This document shows positions 27,401-37,255 of a stretch of 64,000 nucleotides of DNA, one piece after another. Each line of letters begins with the position of its first letter. Positions within the stretch are counted from its first letter, which is position 1. The stretch is from a bacterium (GTDB taxonomy: Bacteria > Hinthialibacterota > Hinthialibacteria > Hinthialibacterales > Hinthialibacteraceae): the NCBI GenBank assembly GCA_963662285.2, contig CAXXMV010000001.1:352001-416000 (forward strand). Reading direction: 5' to 3'. The position numbers and the translations under genes are program-made. Below the pieces are notes generated by a model. That model made no database searches. It was not told the DNA's origin and saw only the letters and a program-made list of their open reading frames with translations.

Positions 27401-29553
27401 CGTTGCGTTTCACCAGTTGAGATATTCCATAATTTAGCGCTATTGTCCTTGCTGCCAGTCAGTACGCTTAATCCGTCAGGCGATACAGCCACAGTATTGA
27501 CCGCAGAGCGGTGTCCTGTATAAGTCAGTAGTATTTCACCAGTTAGAACATCCCATATTTTGGCTGTTTTATCATCACTGCAAGTTAAGATTTTGGTGTT
27601 ATCAGTCGAGAAGACAACGCCATTAACCGCTTCATTGTGTCCAAAAAAGGATAACAGTTCGGCGCCAGTCGCCACACTCCAGATTTTTATGGTTCCATCC
27701 TGGCTGCTCGACGCCAGCATTGTTCCATCAGGAGAGAAAGCCAGCGACAAAATATCGCCGCTATGTCCGATAAAGCGCTTGGTGGGCATTCCCGTGTCGG
27801 ATGACCAGAGAATCAATTCCTGCCCTCCTGCCGTGGCCAGTGATAATCCTTCCGGCGAGTAGACCACAACTTTAACCGGCCCCAGACCGAATATTTTCTC
27901 ACCGGATGCTCCGGTAAGAAGAGGGATAGTATACGGAGTCGGCGTAGGACTTGGAGCAATTGTTGGAGTCGGCGTTATAGTTGGAGCAAAAGGCGGCTCA
28001 CCATCTGAGAAGAAGATTGAAAGCAAGTAGTCGCGCACTACAGTATACGAATCGTTGGGAGAACGTTTTACAGCGATGTAATAGGTTCCGATAGTTTGAA
28101 TGTCATAACGGATTTCAGGATACTCTTCATCATCGCTGGTTGCGAGCATTTGACCCTGGTTATTATAAACCTCTATACGGGCGTTGCGGTCTATGGTAGT
28201 TGCATGACCGATTGTACAAACCAATTCCCGGCCCAGATCAGCGCTGACAACATTGATTTTGAACCAGTCTTCGGCGTCTTCATAGGTTTCTTCCATCGTA
28301 GTTCCTGAAATATCGAATGAAGAGAGAGCGCCGATAATGGGGAGACCGATTTGAGCCGTCATGCTTTTCTCAAGACTATCATTATCTTCAATTTCCTGGA
28401 TAGCGTCATGGCTGGCCAGCCATGAATAAGTCTTATGTTCTGCAATAGCCTTATCGAGCAGTGTTTGAGCGCCTTCATAGTTATATCGCGCATAATAATG
28501 GGCGATAAAAGCTTTAACGGTTGGTGGAATATCAGGATAAACCTGATAAAAGAGCGTTTCATCATCCATAAAGGTATTCATGAAGAGACGGCTCCAGTTG
28601 GAAGAAGAGAAATTCTCACTCCCCAGTGTGAACGACGCTTGTTTAGGCGGCAAGCCTTTGATAGTAGGCCAAGCCAGCCAATCGATCAGGTAATTCTCTA
28701 ATACATCATCCGCATTAGAATTAATGTAAGCTGTCCATGGCTCAATCAAACCGATCAGATGCCCCAGTTCGCGTTGGAAGATATTGCTGATAGCAAAAGC
28801 AAAGATTGAGTTGCCTTCAGTATTGGTTCGTTTGAAGGTGTCGCTGGAAAAGATATAAGAATAAGGGTTGCCGGGTGAACGCTTGTAAAGCGCTGTCGGG
28901 GCGCCATTATCCGTTAAACTGAGGAAAGCGTTTAAGTTAGGATAATCACGCCTGATCTGAAACACGGCGGTATCGCCGCTCCAGGCGCCAAAGAGAGTGG
29001 CTTGCGAGACCACGCCATCCAATTCAGCAGGAAAAGAGGTCGCTTCAATCACAAGATGATGAGTTCCATCACTAACTTCCAGGAACTCCAAACCTACGTT
29101 TTTAAGAGCCTCGTTATACATGGAGATAGTACGTCGTAATTCGCTTTCAAAGGTCAGCACATCCCCTGAGTTGTAAATCCCGCTGTTAATAAACCCGGAA
29201 AAATCAATCTTAAAACGGCATTCACGTAAACCATTACTGTTTGAATCGGTCCGGCTATCGGACAGACCAAAGTAATAAGATGGCCAGCGATATACGTTTT
29301 TAACCTGGTTGGCGCTTTCTCGATTCCAAAAATCCACGGGAACAAGGTTGGGATCGGTTGATATCTTTTTACCTTCAAGTAGACGCTGTAATTGGTGATT
29401 AAGATATATTTCAGTACCGGATTTAGGTGGAGAAATCTGGCTGGCCCATGTTGCCTGGACCATCAATAATGCAATTACAATAAGTGAAAAAATGGAGAGT
29501 GCCCGGCTAAAACGGACGCTTGACATACGGATAGAACTATACAATGGAATCAT
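24424..29553 (-). CDS. Large secreted multidomain protein: degenerate metzincin domain, PPC-like domain, 14 WD40 repeats, Pro/Thr linkers, four C-terminal repeat domains
   Basis: Signal peptide ending VQATWA; GH..WD repeats; PTPT linkers; GAGG RBS before ATG 29553. Confidence 0.85.
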   Translation of the reverse strand: MIPLYSSIRMSSVRFSRALSIFSLIVIALLMVQATWASQISPPKSGTEIYLNHQLQRLLEGKKISTDPNLVPVDFWNRESANQVKNVYRWPSYYFGLSDSRTDSNSNGLRECRFKIDFSGFINSGIYNSGDVLTFESELRRTISMYNEALKNVGLEFLEVSDGTHHLVIEATSFPAELDGVVSQATLFGAWSGDTAVFQIRRDYPNLNAFLSLTDNGAPTALYKRSPGNPYSYIFSSDTFKRTNTEGNSIFAFAISNIFQRELGHLIGLIEPWTAYINSNADDVLENYLIDWLAWPTIKGLPPKQASFTLGSENFSSSNWSRLFMNTFMDDETLFYQVYPDIPPTVKAFIAHYYARYNYEGAQTLLDKAIAEHKTYSWLASHDAIQEIEDNDSLEKSMTAQIGLPIIGALSSFDISGTTMEETYEDAEDWFKINVVSADLGRELVCTIGHATTIDRNARIEVYNNQGQMLATSDDEEYPEIRYDIQTIGTYYIAVKRSPNDSYTVVRDYLLSIFFSDGEPPFAPTITPTPTIAPSPTPTPYTIPLLTGASGEKIFGLGPVKVVVYSPEGLSLATAGGQELILWSSDTGMPTKRFIGHSGDILSLAFSPDGTMLASSSQDGTIKIWSVATGAELLSFFGHNEAVNGVVFSTDNTKILTCSDDKTAKIWDVLTGEILLTYTGHRSAVNTVAVSPDGLSVLTGSKDNSAKLWNISTGETQRTFSGHSSAVQSVAFSASGDAIFTGSLDTTAKLWDIQTGAVLNSFKSGSVNSVDLSSDGSTAALGGSGGAKLADLTSGEFIHTLLSGSAKVLSLSFSPNGTRVAVVGDDNSLQVFDASTGQKVQSLSGHTSGINAAVYSPDGLQIASGGVDNLVRVWRESTGAILRSFDTVHDSAINAIAYSPDGTQVLTGSDDTTAVLWDAGSGEVKRIFLGHTGSVDAVAFTPDGSRILTGSSDKTVRLWDVSSGKTINVYDQQTAAINALTISPDGITFLLADDNGMVAEWNMLSGEPVFALGGNGIPALSVAVSIDGAQIAAGFSDHMVYVWDHASRDLIVSFNTPGVVNAVAFSPIKPWLLVSGDETIKLWNLEQMLVLDEFKGHNATVNSVVFAPNGRSFLSGGSDGSLRIWDIAETVDATPTPTATSTFTPTYTPTPTFTNTPTFTLTPTFTPTATPTPTFTATPTPTAVPVDVPANTIYVTDTLQTTEDLLGGTDIDDVDNRQLAIRWNIQAENILSYHVYVRTNNGDPVFIGQSRNPEIKFFNWTEPQFGNFYSFQVYAIIDGAASVPLTTKKRVFYQTAELPTPTPTVGSVIFDVPENSIVVTDNLWSTENLIGSFDQDAANQRSLTIRWNMVDPDVIDYHVYVKINDGDPNYIGRTGTSDISYLDWLEPQFGNRYLFIIFGLKEGAPFTSLIAEDEMFYQSSFNPTPTPTATATATPTPTNTPVNFFVPDNKVYVTDDFGSNENLVGLYDKDEESDRALAIHWNFSEEGMIDYHVYVSVQGSVDFFLARTGSGDITSMEWRENGSGISPMFLQGPQFGSQYSFSVFGIRQDLSTALIRTDSIVLYEAEGSPIPTVTPTPTVTPTPRIAPNSMIVADHTHDFIGLSNGEDYDIGSNRDLVIRWNFAYEDVTDYHIYISVNGGNPEYLGRTASANVDFYEWKVNAPKINPKYWNGPEFGKSYQFYLYILFSDGSNDGPFSHKGPVKFLEWIEP

Positions 29554-29685
29554 TGCTCTAACCTCAACCCTTCGAAAAAAATCAAATAATAGAAATAGGC
29601 GCATCACGCCTTATGTGGGATTTTTTCATCATTCCAAGGTAATGTCAAGTGAAATTTAATTCATTTCATGCTAAATACAACGAAA

Positions 29686-30615
29686 TTAGTGACTTAGTAT
29701 ATCAATAATTTTTTGCCCACCATCGGTTTTTATGGCTTGGGCTAGGGAGCGGCCAGTTAATGCGGGATGCAGAAGAGACGCTTCGATTTTTTTGCGGATC
29801 AGATTCTTCCCATCAAGCGATGAGATTAGCCCGTGAAGCATCATGATATCCTCGCTTATAATTGAGTAAGCAGCAATGGGAACCTGACAGCCGCCTTCCA
29901 ACTCAGACAGGAAAGCCCGTTCCGCTTGAACTCCAACCGCTGTGTCTGGATCATTGATCGATTCGACTAACGCAATGGTTCTATGGTCATCAATCCGCGT
30001 TTCAACCGCCAAAGCGCCCTGAGCGGGAGCGGGCAGCATTTCTTCTATAGATAGTACGCCGGATATTTTATCCACCCATCCCATACGGCGCATCCCGGCT
30101 TCGGCCATTATCAGCGCATCCCAATCTGAGTCATGAAATTTTTGCAGACGCGTATTCACGTTACCTCTGACATCGACCACCACTGCATCTGGACGAGCCG
30201 CCATAATCTGCGCTCTACGCCGTAGGCTGCCAGTCGCGATAACCGGATTTGCAGGCAACTCGCTTAAACTGGCGGCGCCGCGCGATATCAAGGCGTCGAA
30301 AGGGGAATCCCGTTCTGGAATGGAGGAGATAGTCAATCCATCAGGAAGTTGAGTGGGAAGGTCTTTGAAACTATGCACCGCAAAATCAATGGCGCCATCC
30401 AAAAGAGCAATTTCTATTTCCTTGGTAAAAAGCCCCTTATCGCCGATTTGAACCAAAGGTTTATCCAGGATTTTATCGCCGGTGGTTTGGATAACCTCAA
30501 TCTCGATGACAATATCAGGATTGGCGTCCTGCAATAATGACTGTACGCGCTCAGCCTGCCACATGGCTAAAGGGCTGCCCCGCGTACCTAACTTGAAGAG
30601 TAAATTCTTATTCAT
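29686..30615 (-). CDS. hemC: Hydroxymethylbilane synthase
   Basis: GTRGSPLAMWQ, KGLFTKE, TGSLRR, RGNVNTR, LEGGCQVP. Confidence 0.97.
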   Translation of the reverse strand: MNKNLLFKLGTRGSPLAMWQAERVQSLLQDANPDIVIEIEVIQTTGDKILDKPLVQIGDKGLFTKEIEIALLDGAIDFAVHSFKDLPTQLPDGLTISSIPERDSPFDALISRGAASLSELPANPVIATGSLRRRAQIMAARPDAVVVDVRGNVNTRLQKFHDSDWDALIMAEAGMRRMGWVDKISGVLSIEEMLPAPAQGALAVETRIDDHRTIALVESINDPDTAVGVQAERAFLSELEGGCQVPIAAYSIISEDIMMLHGLISSLDGKNLIRKKIEASLLHPALTGRSLAQAIKTDGGQKIIDILSH

Positions 30616-30622
30616 TTGTAGT

Positions 30623-31606
30623 TCACGTATTCAGATTTGTTATTTGATTAGTAACGCATTCCGCCAAAAAATCAATAAAATCCGCATCATCATTCAAACA
30701 TGGCAGATGGATATATTCATCGATCCCAATATCATGCAGGATTTTTTTAGATTCCAATTGCGTCTCCGCATTGTCGGCCAAAAAACCGAAAGGATAATAG
30801 ATTAAACGCTTGATTTTTTGATTACGCATTTCATCGGCCGCAGTTTCAAGCGTAGGGGTCGTCCAATCACCGCCCACCCTGTGATTCATCCAGCCAATAT
30901 TTAACATCTTAAATTCTGAGTGTAGTTGTTTTTCAATTAGATCATATAATCGTTTGGTATCATTGTATCCTGTATCGCTTATGCCAGCGGGTGGATTGAT
31001 CACCGTTCCATGACATCCCAGCAGTAAACCACATTGGCCGCAATCTTCTGATGAAATACCTTCTTCTGCAATTTTGCGGCGTATAAAACCAACCATCTGT
31101 TCAGCTAATTGATCCAGATAGTTGCGAAAGGTGCAGAACCTGACATCTGTAAACGAGTGTTTGTTTACTGTTTGATATTGATTAAAATCACGCTGCGAGA
31201 TTCCCGTTGTGAAATCTGATTCAGCGGTATACATAGGAATCATTAAGAGCAGATCGCCAGGATCACCGAGGATTCCATCAAGAATATGGCTTAAAGACGG
31301 ATCGCGGAATTCATAAGCCGCCTGAACTCTCCATGCGTGATCCGTTACCGTCTTGCATAAGGCCATACGCAGCAGATGGGCCTGTTGTTCAGTGATAGAT
31401 TCAAGCAGCGAAGAATAATTGTTCGCTTTATAATTTTTAACCCGAATTCTTCCACGCCAGGCGCCGATTAACGGGATGACCAACTTGGGGATTGGCGCCA
31501 CCAGCCGGGTTAATTTATTCAAAATACGATTAGAATAACGCCATTGATCCAGGAAAGCGGCGTTAACCGGCTCTCCGTATGATAACAGGACGATATCTAT
31601 CTTCAT
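30623..31606 (-). CDS. hemH: Ferrochelatase (divergent)
   Basis: LLSYGEP, LLGCHGT, WTTP, PFGFLADNAETQLE, PCLND; inside the hem operon. Confidence 0.8.
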   Translation of the reverse strand: MKIDIVLLSYGEPVNAAFLDQWRYSNRILNKLTRLVAPIPKLVIPLIGAWRGRIRVKNYKANNYSSLLESITEQQAHLLRMALCKTVTDHAWRVQAAYEFRDPSLSHILDGILGDPGDLLLMIPMYTAESDFTTGISQRDFNQYQTVNKHSFTDVRFCTFRNYLDQLAEQMVGFIRRKIAEEGISSEDCGQCGLLLGCHGTVINPPAGISDTGYNDTKRLYDLIEKQLHSEFKMLNIGWMNHRVGGDWTTPTLETAADEMRNQKIKRLIYYPFGFLADNAETQLESKKILHDIGIDEYIHLPCLNDDADFIDFLAECVTNQITNLNT

Positions 31607-32988
31607 GCAGACTCTCTTAAGAATTCACTTACATTAAGCGCAGTCTCTTTAGCAATCCTGATGCAATCATTGGATGAAACGCCGCTCAGGTAATTCCCGA
31701 TACAATGCAATCCGGGGTGATTTTTTAATTGGTTATTCAATGCTTCTATCTGGTCAACATGCCCGACCGGGTATTGGGGGATGGCCTGCTTCCAACGGAA
31801 AATCCGTTGGATTTCCGGCTCGCCTTGAGCGCCGATAGCGATCTTCAGGTCTTTCTTGATTTGCGCCGATATTTCATCATCGGAAAGTTGGAAAGCCGCC
31901 GGATCTAATCCCCCGCCAATGAAGACGCTGAAACTACAACATCCTCCAGGAGCGCGCCGCGGGAAGAGGCTGGAATTCCAAATGCTGCCCAGAATACGAA
32001 TGGCCTGCCCCCGTGGAGAGAGGAAACCAAAGCCGTTGCATTGGCGTTCTATCGCGTCGCGGGAATACCCCATACCAACCACGGATAACGCATTATATGG
32101 AATTGATCCCAGGTAATCGGCTGAATCCGGCATCAATGGCTTCAACATATCGGCAGCGCTATAAGCTGGCGTAGCCAAAATAACCGCTTGGGCATTTATG
32201 TTATCAGCCGCGCCGTCAACCGTAATTGAATAACCGCCATCTGCTCCAGGTTCGATTGCAGTTACGGGTGATTGAAGATGAAGACGATCACCCAAAACCT
32301 TGGCCATCGCTTGCGTGTTGGTCTCCATACCATCGATAAACGAGCACAGATTTTTAGCGCGTGGTTTTTTCTTACCTGCGTCCTTCCCTTTTTTACCCTT
32401 AAAGGCTTTAGCTAAACCGCCCCGAACCAGCCCGCCGTGGTTGCGCTCCAGGTCGTATAGTATGCCAAAGGTTCCCCGCAGACTGAGTTTCTCGGGGTCG
32501 CCGGCATAGACGCCCGAAACAAATGGAGTCACCAGGTTAGTAAGCACTTCATCCCCTAAACGGCGGCGCACGAACGACGCCAGGCTCTCATCCTCTTTGG
32601 ATCGATTGGCGGAACGAAAGATTTCGGTCATCAAACGCCGTTTAGCTTTACCGGAGAGCAGTTTGGTTTTGATCAAGCCTCCCGGCCCGGTGGGTACATT
32701 GTGCAGTTCGCCATCCAGAAAAACAAAGCGGTCATTGCCGCGCATGGATTGTTTCAATAACTCATTTTCCAATTTAAGGTCGCGGCATAATTCCACGGTA
32801 TCAGGTGCATTATCCAAAAACGAATTGGGGCCTTTTTCAAACAGATAACCATCCTGCCGGATAGTCTGGATCACCCCGCCCGCCCGGTCTTCTTTTTCAA
32901 AAACCTCAACCTCGCAGCCCTGTCGCATCAAGTAAAACGCTGCGGTCAATCCTGATATGCCTGCTCCGATAACGACGACTTTATTCAT
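31603..32988 (-). CDS. hemY: HemY-type proto/coproporphyrinogen oxidase
   Basis: VIGAGISGL FAD motif, EKGPNSF, GVYAGDP, GFGFL, AIPQY. Confidence 0.93.
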   Translation of the reverse strand: MNKVVVIGAGISGLTAAFYLMRQGCEVEVFEKEDRAGGVIQTIRQDGYLFEKGPNSFLDNAPDTVELCRDLKLENELLKQSMRGNDRFVFLDGELHNVPTGPGGLIKTKLLSGKAKRRLMTEIFRSANRSKEDESLASFVRRRLGDEVLTNLVTPFVSGVYAGDPEKLSLRGTFGILYDLERNHGGLVRGGLAKAFKGKKGKDAGKKKPRAKNLCSFIDGMETNTQAMAKVLGDRLHLQSPVTAIEPGADGGYSITVDGAADNINAQAVILATPAYSAADMLKPLMPDSADYLGSIPYNALSVVGMGYSRDAIERQCNGFGFLSPRGQAIRILGSIWNSSLFPRRAPGGCCSFSVFIGGGLDPAAFQLSDDEISAQIKKDLKIAIGAQGEPEIQRIFRWKQAIPQYPVGHVDQIEALNNQLKNHPGLHCIGNYLSGVSSNDCIRIAKETALNVSEFLRESA

Positions 32989-33019
32989 GATTTATTTCCT
33001 GGGTATTAGATATATAAAT

Positions 33020-34450
33020 TTATAACGTCCGCGAAAACTGCGCCGTCTTCGCTCCACTTTGCCTAGTTTTCTTCAGATATGCATCAAACACCATAGCGAT
33101 AGGGCGGATGATGATCTGCCCGGTGCGGGTAACTTTTATCTCTTCAGTAATATCAGGATCAATCAATCCATCATCCATAAATGGTTTTAACTGCTCCAGT
33201 TCTTCTGTGAAATAATTGTTAAATTCCAACTGCCAGATGCGACTGAATTCGGCCATGGATATACGCAGGTTGCACATTAATTCCATGATAGTCCATTTGC
33301 GGATACGGTCATCAAGCGAAAGTTCGATGCCTCTTTCCACCGGGAGGCGCCCGTTCAGCACTGCGTCCTGATATGGTTTTAACTTTTTGACATTCTGGAT
33401 ATAAAGCGCATCAAGGCTGCTGATGGATGATACCCCGAAAGAGTGCAGGTCGCTGCCCGCGCAGGTGGTGAAGCCCATAAAGTTACGCTGCAGGGTTCCC
33501 TGACGCTGCGCCAGGGTTAGTTCATCATCCGGTTTAGCGAAATGATCCATGCCTATATAGGCGTATCCGTTGTTGGTGAATCCCTCAATGGCTGATTGAA
33601 AAATAGCGAACCGTTCTTCTACATCAGGCAGCAATGAAGCGTCGATCCGTTTTTGATGCGCCAGTTTTTGGGGAAGATAAGCCCAGTTATACAAGGCGAT
33701 GCGGTCGGGATTAATCTCATATATAGTTTGCAGAGTTTCCGAAAAACTTGATACGCTTTGGGCTGGCAATCCATACACCAAATCGATGTTAATGCTGTCG
33801 AATCCTTTACTGCGGCACAAATCGATAAACGCTCTGGTATCCTCGACGCTTTGCTTCCGTTTGATGGCTTGCTGCGTAACAGGAGAAAAATCCTGTACTC
33901 CAATAGAGATTCGATTAAAACCCAGATTCCTCAGCCCATCCAAATGCTCTTCGCTGGTTATACGCAAATCAACTTCGATGGATCGTTCTGCGTTATGTTC
34001 AAAATCGAAAAGTTTTGTAACATTCTCCAGCATCTGGTTTAGCGTAGCGGGCGGGAGATGAGTCGGCGTCCCCCCGCCAAGGTGGAATTGATTAACCATA
34101 CGGTTATCGGAGAGTTTGCCGGCGATTAGCCCTGCTTCACGGGTGATAAGGTCGACATAACCATCAAGCACATCCTCATGATTGGTGACAATCACATTAC
34201 AGGCGCAGAAATGACATCGGTCAGGACAAAATGGAACATGAATATACAAGGATAGAGGCCGGGGATGGGTAATGTTGTTGGCTTCATGGATGTGGCGCCA
34301 ATAATCATCTTCGCCCACTACATCGCTCCATTCAGGCGCTGTAGGATAACTGGTATACCTTGGGCCGCGTCCGGAATATTTGTTGATCAGATCGTAAATC
34401 CGGGTAAAATCAGTCATGCAATTTTCCGACTTATTATTTGCAGTATTCAT
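33020..34450 (-). CDS. hemN: Oxygen-independent coproporphyrinogen III oxidase (radical SAM)
   Basis: GPRYTSYPTA, HVPFCPDRCHFCAC, GGGTP, GMDHFA, RNFMG. Confidence 0.95.
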   Translation of the reverse strand: MNTANNKSENCMTDFTRIYDLINKYSGRGPRYTSYPTAPEWSDVVGEDDYWRHIHEANNITHPRPLSLYIHVPFCPDRCHFCACNVIVTNHEDVLDGYVDLITREAGLIAGKLSDNRMVNQFHLGGGTPTHLPPATLNQMLENVTKLFDFEHNAERSIEVDLRITSEEHLDGLRNLGFNRISIGVQDFSPVTQQAIKRKQSVEDTRAFIDLCRSKGFDSINIDLVYGLPAQSVSSFSETLQTIYEINPDRIALYNWAYLPQKLAHQKRIDASLLPDVEERFAIFQSAIEGFTNNGYAYIGMDHFAKPDDELTLAQRQGTLQRNFMGFTTCAGSDLHSFGVSSISSLDALYIQNVKKLKPYQDAVLNGRLPVERGIELSLDDRIRKWTIMELMCNLRISMAEFSRIWQLEFNNYFTEELEQLKPFMDDGLIDPDITEEIKVTRTGQIIIRPIAMVFDAYLKKTRQSGAKTAQFSRTL

Positions 34451-35504
34451 AACTCTTCACGGTCTCAATCAGGGCTTGGACGCTTTCCACCGGAGTACCG
34501 GGAAGTACGCCATGCCCCAGGTTGAATATATGCCCGGTGGTTCGTTTGAGATTATGTAATATTTGCTGCGCCTGCTGGCTTACAATTTCCGGTGGAGCAT
34601 ATAGCGCAGTAGGATCAAGGTTGCCTTGCAGAACAACCTGCTCGCCTAAAATATCAGCCGCCTCCTGCAAATCGATGCGCCAGTCCAGACTTAGGACAGA
34701 CGCCCCGGCGTCCTTCATTTCATTAAGCACGGGCGTTGATCCTTTGACATAAAGAATTATAGGGACGCCATCGCTTTTAATAGCGTCAATAATCCGTTTT
34801 TGATAAGGCAATGCGAAACGCCGGTAATTGCTTCTACTCAATTCGCCAGCCCAGGTATCGAAAATCTGCACCACGTCAGCGCCTGCTTTGATCTGGATGC
34901 GTAGATAATCAATGACCGTTTCGGTAATTTTATCCATAGCTTCTTCAAGCAGTCTGGGCTGGGAGAAGAGAACCTCTTTGATATAACGCAAGTTCTTGCT
35001 GGTGACGCCTTCGATCATATAGGAGGCCATAGTAAATGGAGCGCCCGCGAAACCAAGGATAGGGACGTCATCGCCAACGCTTTTGCGGATAGCCCTGATA
35101 GACTCATAAACCGGGGGCGTCTCATCAAACACGCCGCGATGGATTTTATCGAAATCCACTTGTTTTCTAATCGGTGGAGTCACGGCTGGACCGCTGTCGG
35201 CGAAATCGACCCTCTGCCCCATGTGTTCCAGAGGTATCAATATATCGTTGAAGACGATGATGGCGTCCACCCCGATTATGTTATAAGGTTGAATGGATAT
35301 CTCCGCTGCGATATCCGGCTGACGGCACATTTCCAGAAAAGTATAATTTTTCTTGACCGCCTGATAAGCAGGCAAGTAGCGCCCCGCCTGACGCATCAGC
35401 CAGACAGGGGGGCGGTCAATCGGCAATCTATCGATGGCTCGCAGCAAACGCTGCTTTGGCGTATAGATTTGCTTCTGCATTTCAGAATTAAGTGATGGAG
35501 TCAT
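34434..35504 (-). CDS. hemE: Uroporphyrinogen decarboxylase
   Basis: PVWLMRQAGRYLP, GFAGAPFT, QGNLDP, FNLGHG. Confidence 0.97.
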   Translation of the reverse strand: MTPSLNSEMQKQIYTPKQRLLRAIDRLPIDRPPVWLMRQAGRYLPAYQAVKKNYTFLEMCRQPDIAAEISIQPYNIIGVDAIIVFNDILIPLEHMGQRVDFADSGPAVTPPIRKQVDFDKIHRGVFDETPPVYESIRAIRKSVGDDVPILGFAGAPFTMASYMIEGVTSKNLRYIKEVLFSQPRLLEEAMDKITETVIDYLRIQIKAGADVVQIFDTWAGELSRSNYRRFALPYQKRIIDAIKSDGVPIILYVKGSTPVLNEMKDAGASVLSLDWRIDLQEAADILGEQVVLQGNLDPTALYAPPEIVSQQAQQILHNLKRTTGHIFNLGHGVLPGTPVESVQALIETVKSYEYCK

Positions 35505-35539
35505 GATTGATTATTTCCAATTCACTGGTTAAGCCCAGA

Positions 35540-36871
35540 TTAATTATTCAAAATATCCGAATCGGAAGAATCTCTTGCGCCGCATTCTGCTGCAAACAAA
35601 TCGGCCAGACATTGAGCCGCGTTAGGACAGGTGCGCATGGTTTTATTCTGCCGCATGTTTCTTCTGGGAGTAAGGATAATACGTTCGGTCAAACGATACA
35701 TACGCGTCTTGATAGTATCGCGTTGTTCTTCAGAAAGATTCGGCAACAATTTTAAAATTTCATTTATCTCTTCCTGACATATAACTCCTGCGAATTTACC
35801 TAGTTCCTGCGCCAGATCATCAATATGAAAAGGCAGCGGCCATGGGCCAAGTTCTTCCAGTTCATCTTTTAGTATTTCTTCCGCCAGCGCTATTTGGCTG
35901 GAACGCAGATCCTGATTGCCCTGCGCAATTTCTCTCAGCGAATCAAGATCGATCAGTTTCACTCCATCAAGTTGAGCAATAGCTGGATCAATGTCGGGCG
36001 GCAAAGCTATATCGATAAACAGGCGTTTTTTACCAATATTAAACGCTTCACTATCAAGCATTGATTTAGTAATAAGTTGATTAGGAGCTGTGGTGGCGCT
36101 GATAACCATATCCGACTCGGTCACTACTTTTTCCAGTTCATCGAAATCATAGACGACGCCATTGACTGTTTCGGTCAATTCAACGCTTTTCCGCCTACTA
36201 CGGTTGATGATCCTCAACTCTTTTACATTGGCGTCCTGAATATACTTGGCGGTTAAGGCGCCCATCTTACCCACACCGATCACGGTTGCTGTGATATTTT
36301 CCAGGGAACCAAAATGTTGTTTGGCGTAATCAACCGCCAGCGCGGCAATGGAGACTTTACCTTTTCCCAATCCGGTTTCATTCCGGATGCGTTTGGCTAT
36401 CGTGAATGCCCTTTGGAATAGTATATGGAACACCTTGCTAGCCGTACCCAATGAAAGCGAATGCTCGTATGCTTCTTTAACCTGCCCCATTATCTGCGCA
36501 TCGCCAATCACCATCGATTCCATCGAAGAGACCAGCCGGAAAAAATGCTCCACCGCCTGAGCATCTACCAAAACATCCAATCCCTCGCGGATGCTCTCCA
36601 GAGAAGCGCCTGAATGATGCGCAATTTCATGAACAATCGCGTGAGCGGCGTCTTTCACAGAATGAACCGCCACAAAAAATTCCGTCCGGTTGCAGGTGCA
36701 CAATCCAGCGATCTCCGCAATCGAAGCATTGTCGTGCAGATTAGTTAAAAACTGACTTAATTCGCTGTGTTCGAACGTAAAATCAGGGAGAGTTCGTAAA
36801 GACAAGTTCTTATGGTTCAACGTAATAACGATGAAATGTTCGGGCGCCTCAGTGTTATTGTGTACTACCAT
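35540..36871 (-). CDS. hemA: Glutamyl-tRNA reductase
   Basis: CTCNRTE, SMVIGDAQIMGQVK, GVGKMG, IDIALPPDID. Confidence 0.93.
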   Translation of the reverse strand: MVVHNNTEAPEHFIVITLNHKNLSLRTLPDFTFEHSELSQFLTNLHDNASIAEIAGLCTCNRTEFFVAVHSVKDAAHAIVHEIAHHSGASLESIREGLDVLVDAQAVEHFFRLVSSMESMVIGDAQIMGQVKEAYEHSLSLGTASKVFHILFQRAFTIAKRIRNETGLGKGKVSIAALAVDYAKQHFGSLENITATVIGVGKMGALTAKYIQDANVKELRIINRSRRKSVELTETVNGVVYDFDELEKVVTESDMVISATTAPNQLITKSMLDSEAFNIGKKRLFIDIALPPDIDPAIAQLDGVKLIDLDSLREIAQGNQDLRSSQIALAEEILKDELEELGPWPLPFHIDDLAQELGKFAGVICQEEINEILKLLPNLSEEQRDTIKTRMYRLTERIILTPRRNMRQNKTMRTCPNAAQCLADLFAAECGARDSSDSDILNN

Positions 36872-37094
36872 TTCACTGCTTATCCTAAATTATCATAAAA
36901 AATAAAAGCGAATTCTTTAAAAACGCTCCGTAAAACCTGCTTTTTTATATCAAAAACAACAAGTTATCTTACTAATTCTTATTCATTTACAGTATATAAA
37001 CTAGAGGGATTAGCCAATTTTAAAATTCAACATCATTGTAATGAAATAAATATGTAGCCGGAGTTGATAATAGAGGAGATTAAAAAAGTAAAAT

Positions 37095-37171
37095 TGGGGT
37101 GGCTGACGGGACTTGAACCCGCGACTGCTGGAACCACAATCCAGAGCTCTACCAACTGAGCTACAGCCACC
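37095..37171 (-). tRNA. tRNA-His(GUG)
   Basis: Reverse complement GGTGGCTGTAGCTCAGTTGGTAGAGCTCTGGATTGTGGTTCCAGCAGTCGCGGGTTCAAGTCCCGTCAGCCACCCCA; GTG anticodon, G-1:C73 pair, encoded CCA. Confidence 0.98.
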
Positions 37172-37255
37172 ATAAATTACGAAATCCAGATTGGGATTAT
37201 ATCTCGAACCGTTATTCTTCTCAACCCGCAGTATTAATAGTTATGATAAATTATA

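Noticed and set aside
37095-37171. tRNA-His as an integration site for an island
   Set aside because: No integrase nearby and no duplicated tRNA 3' end seen in the window.
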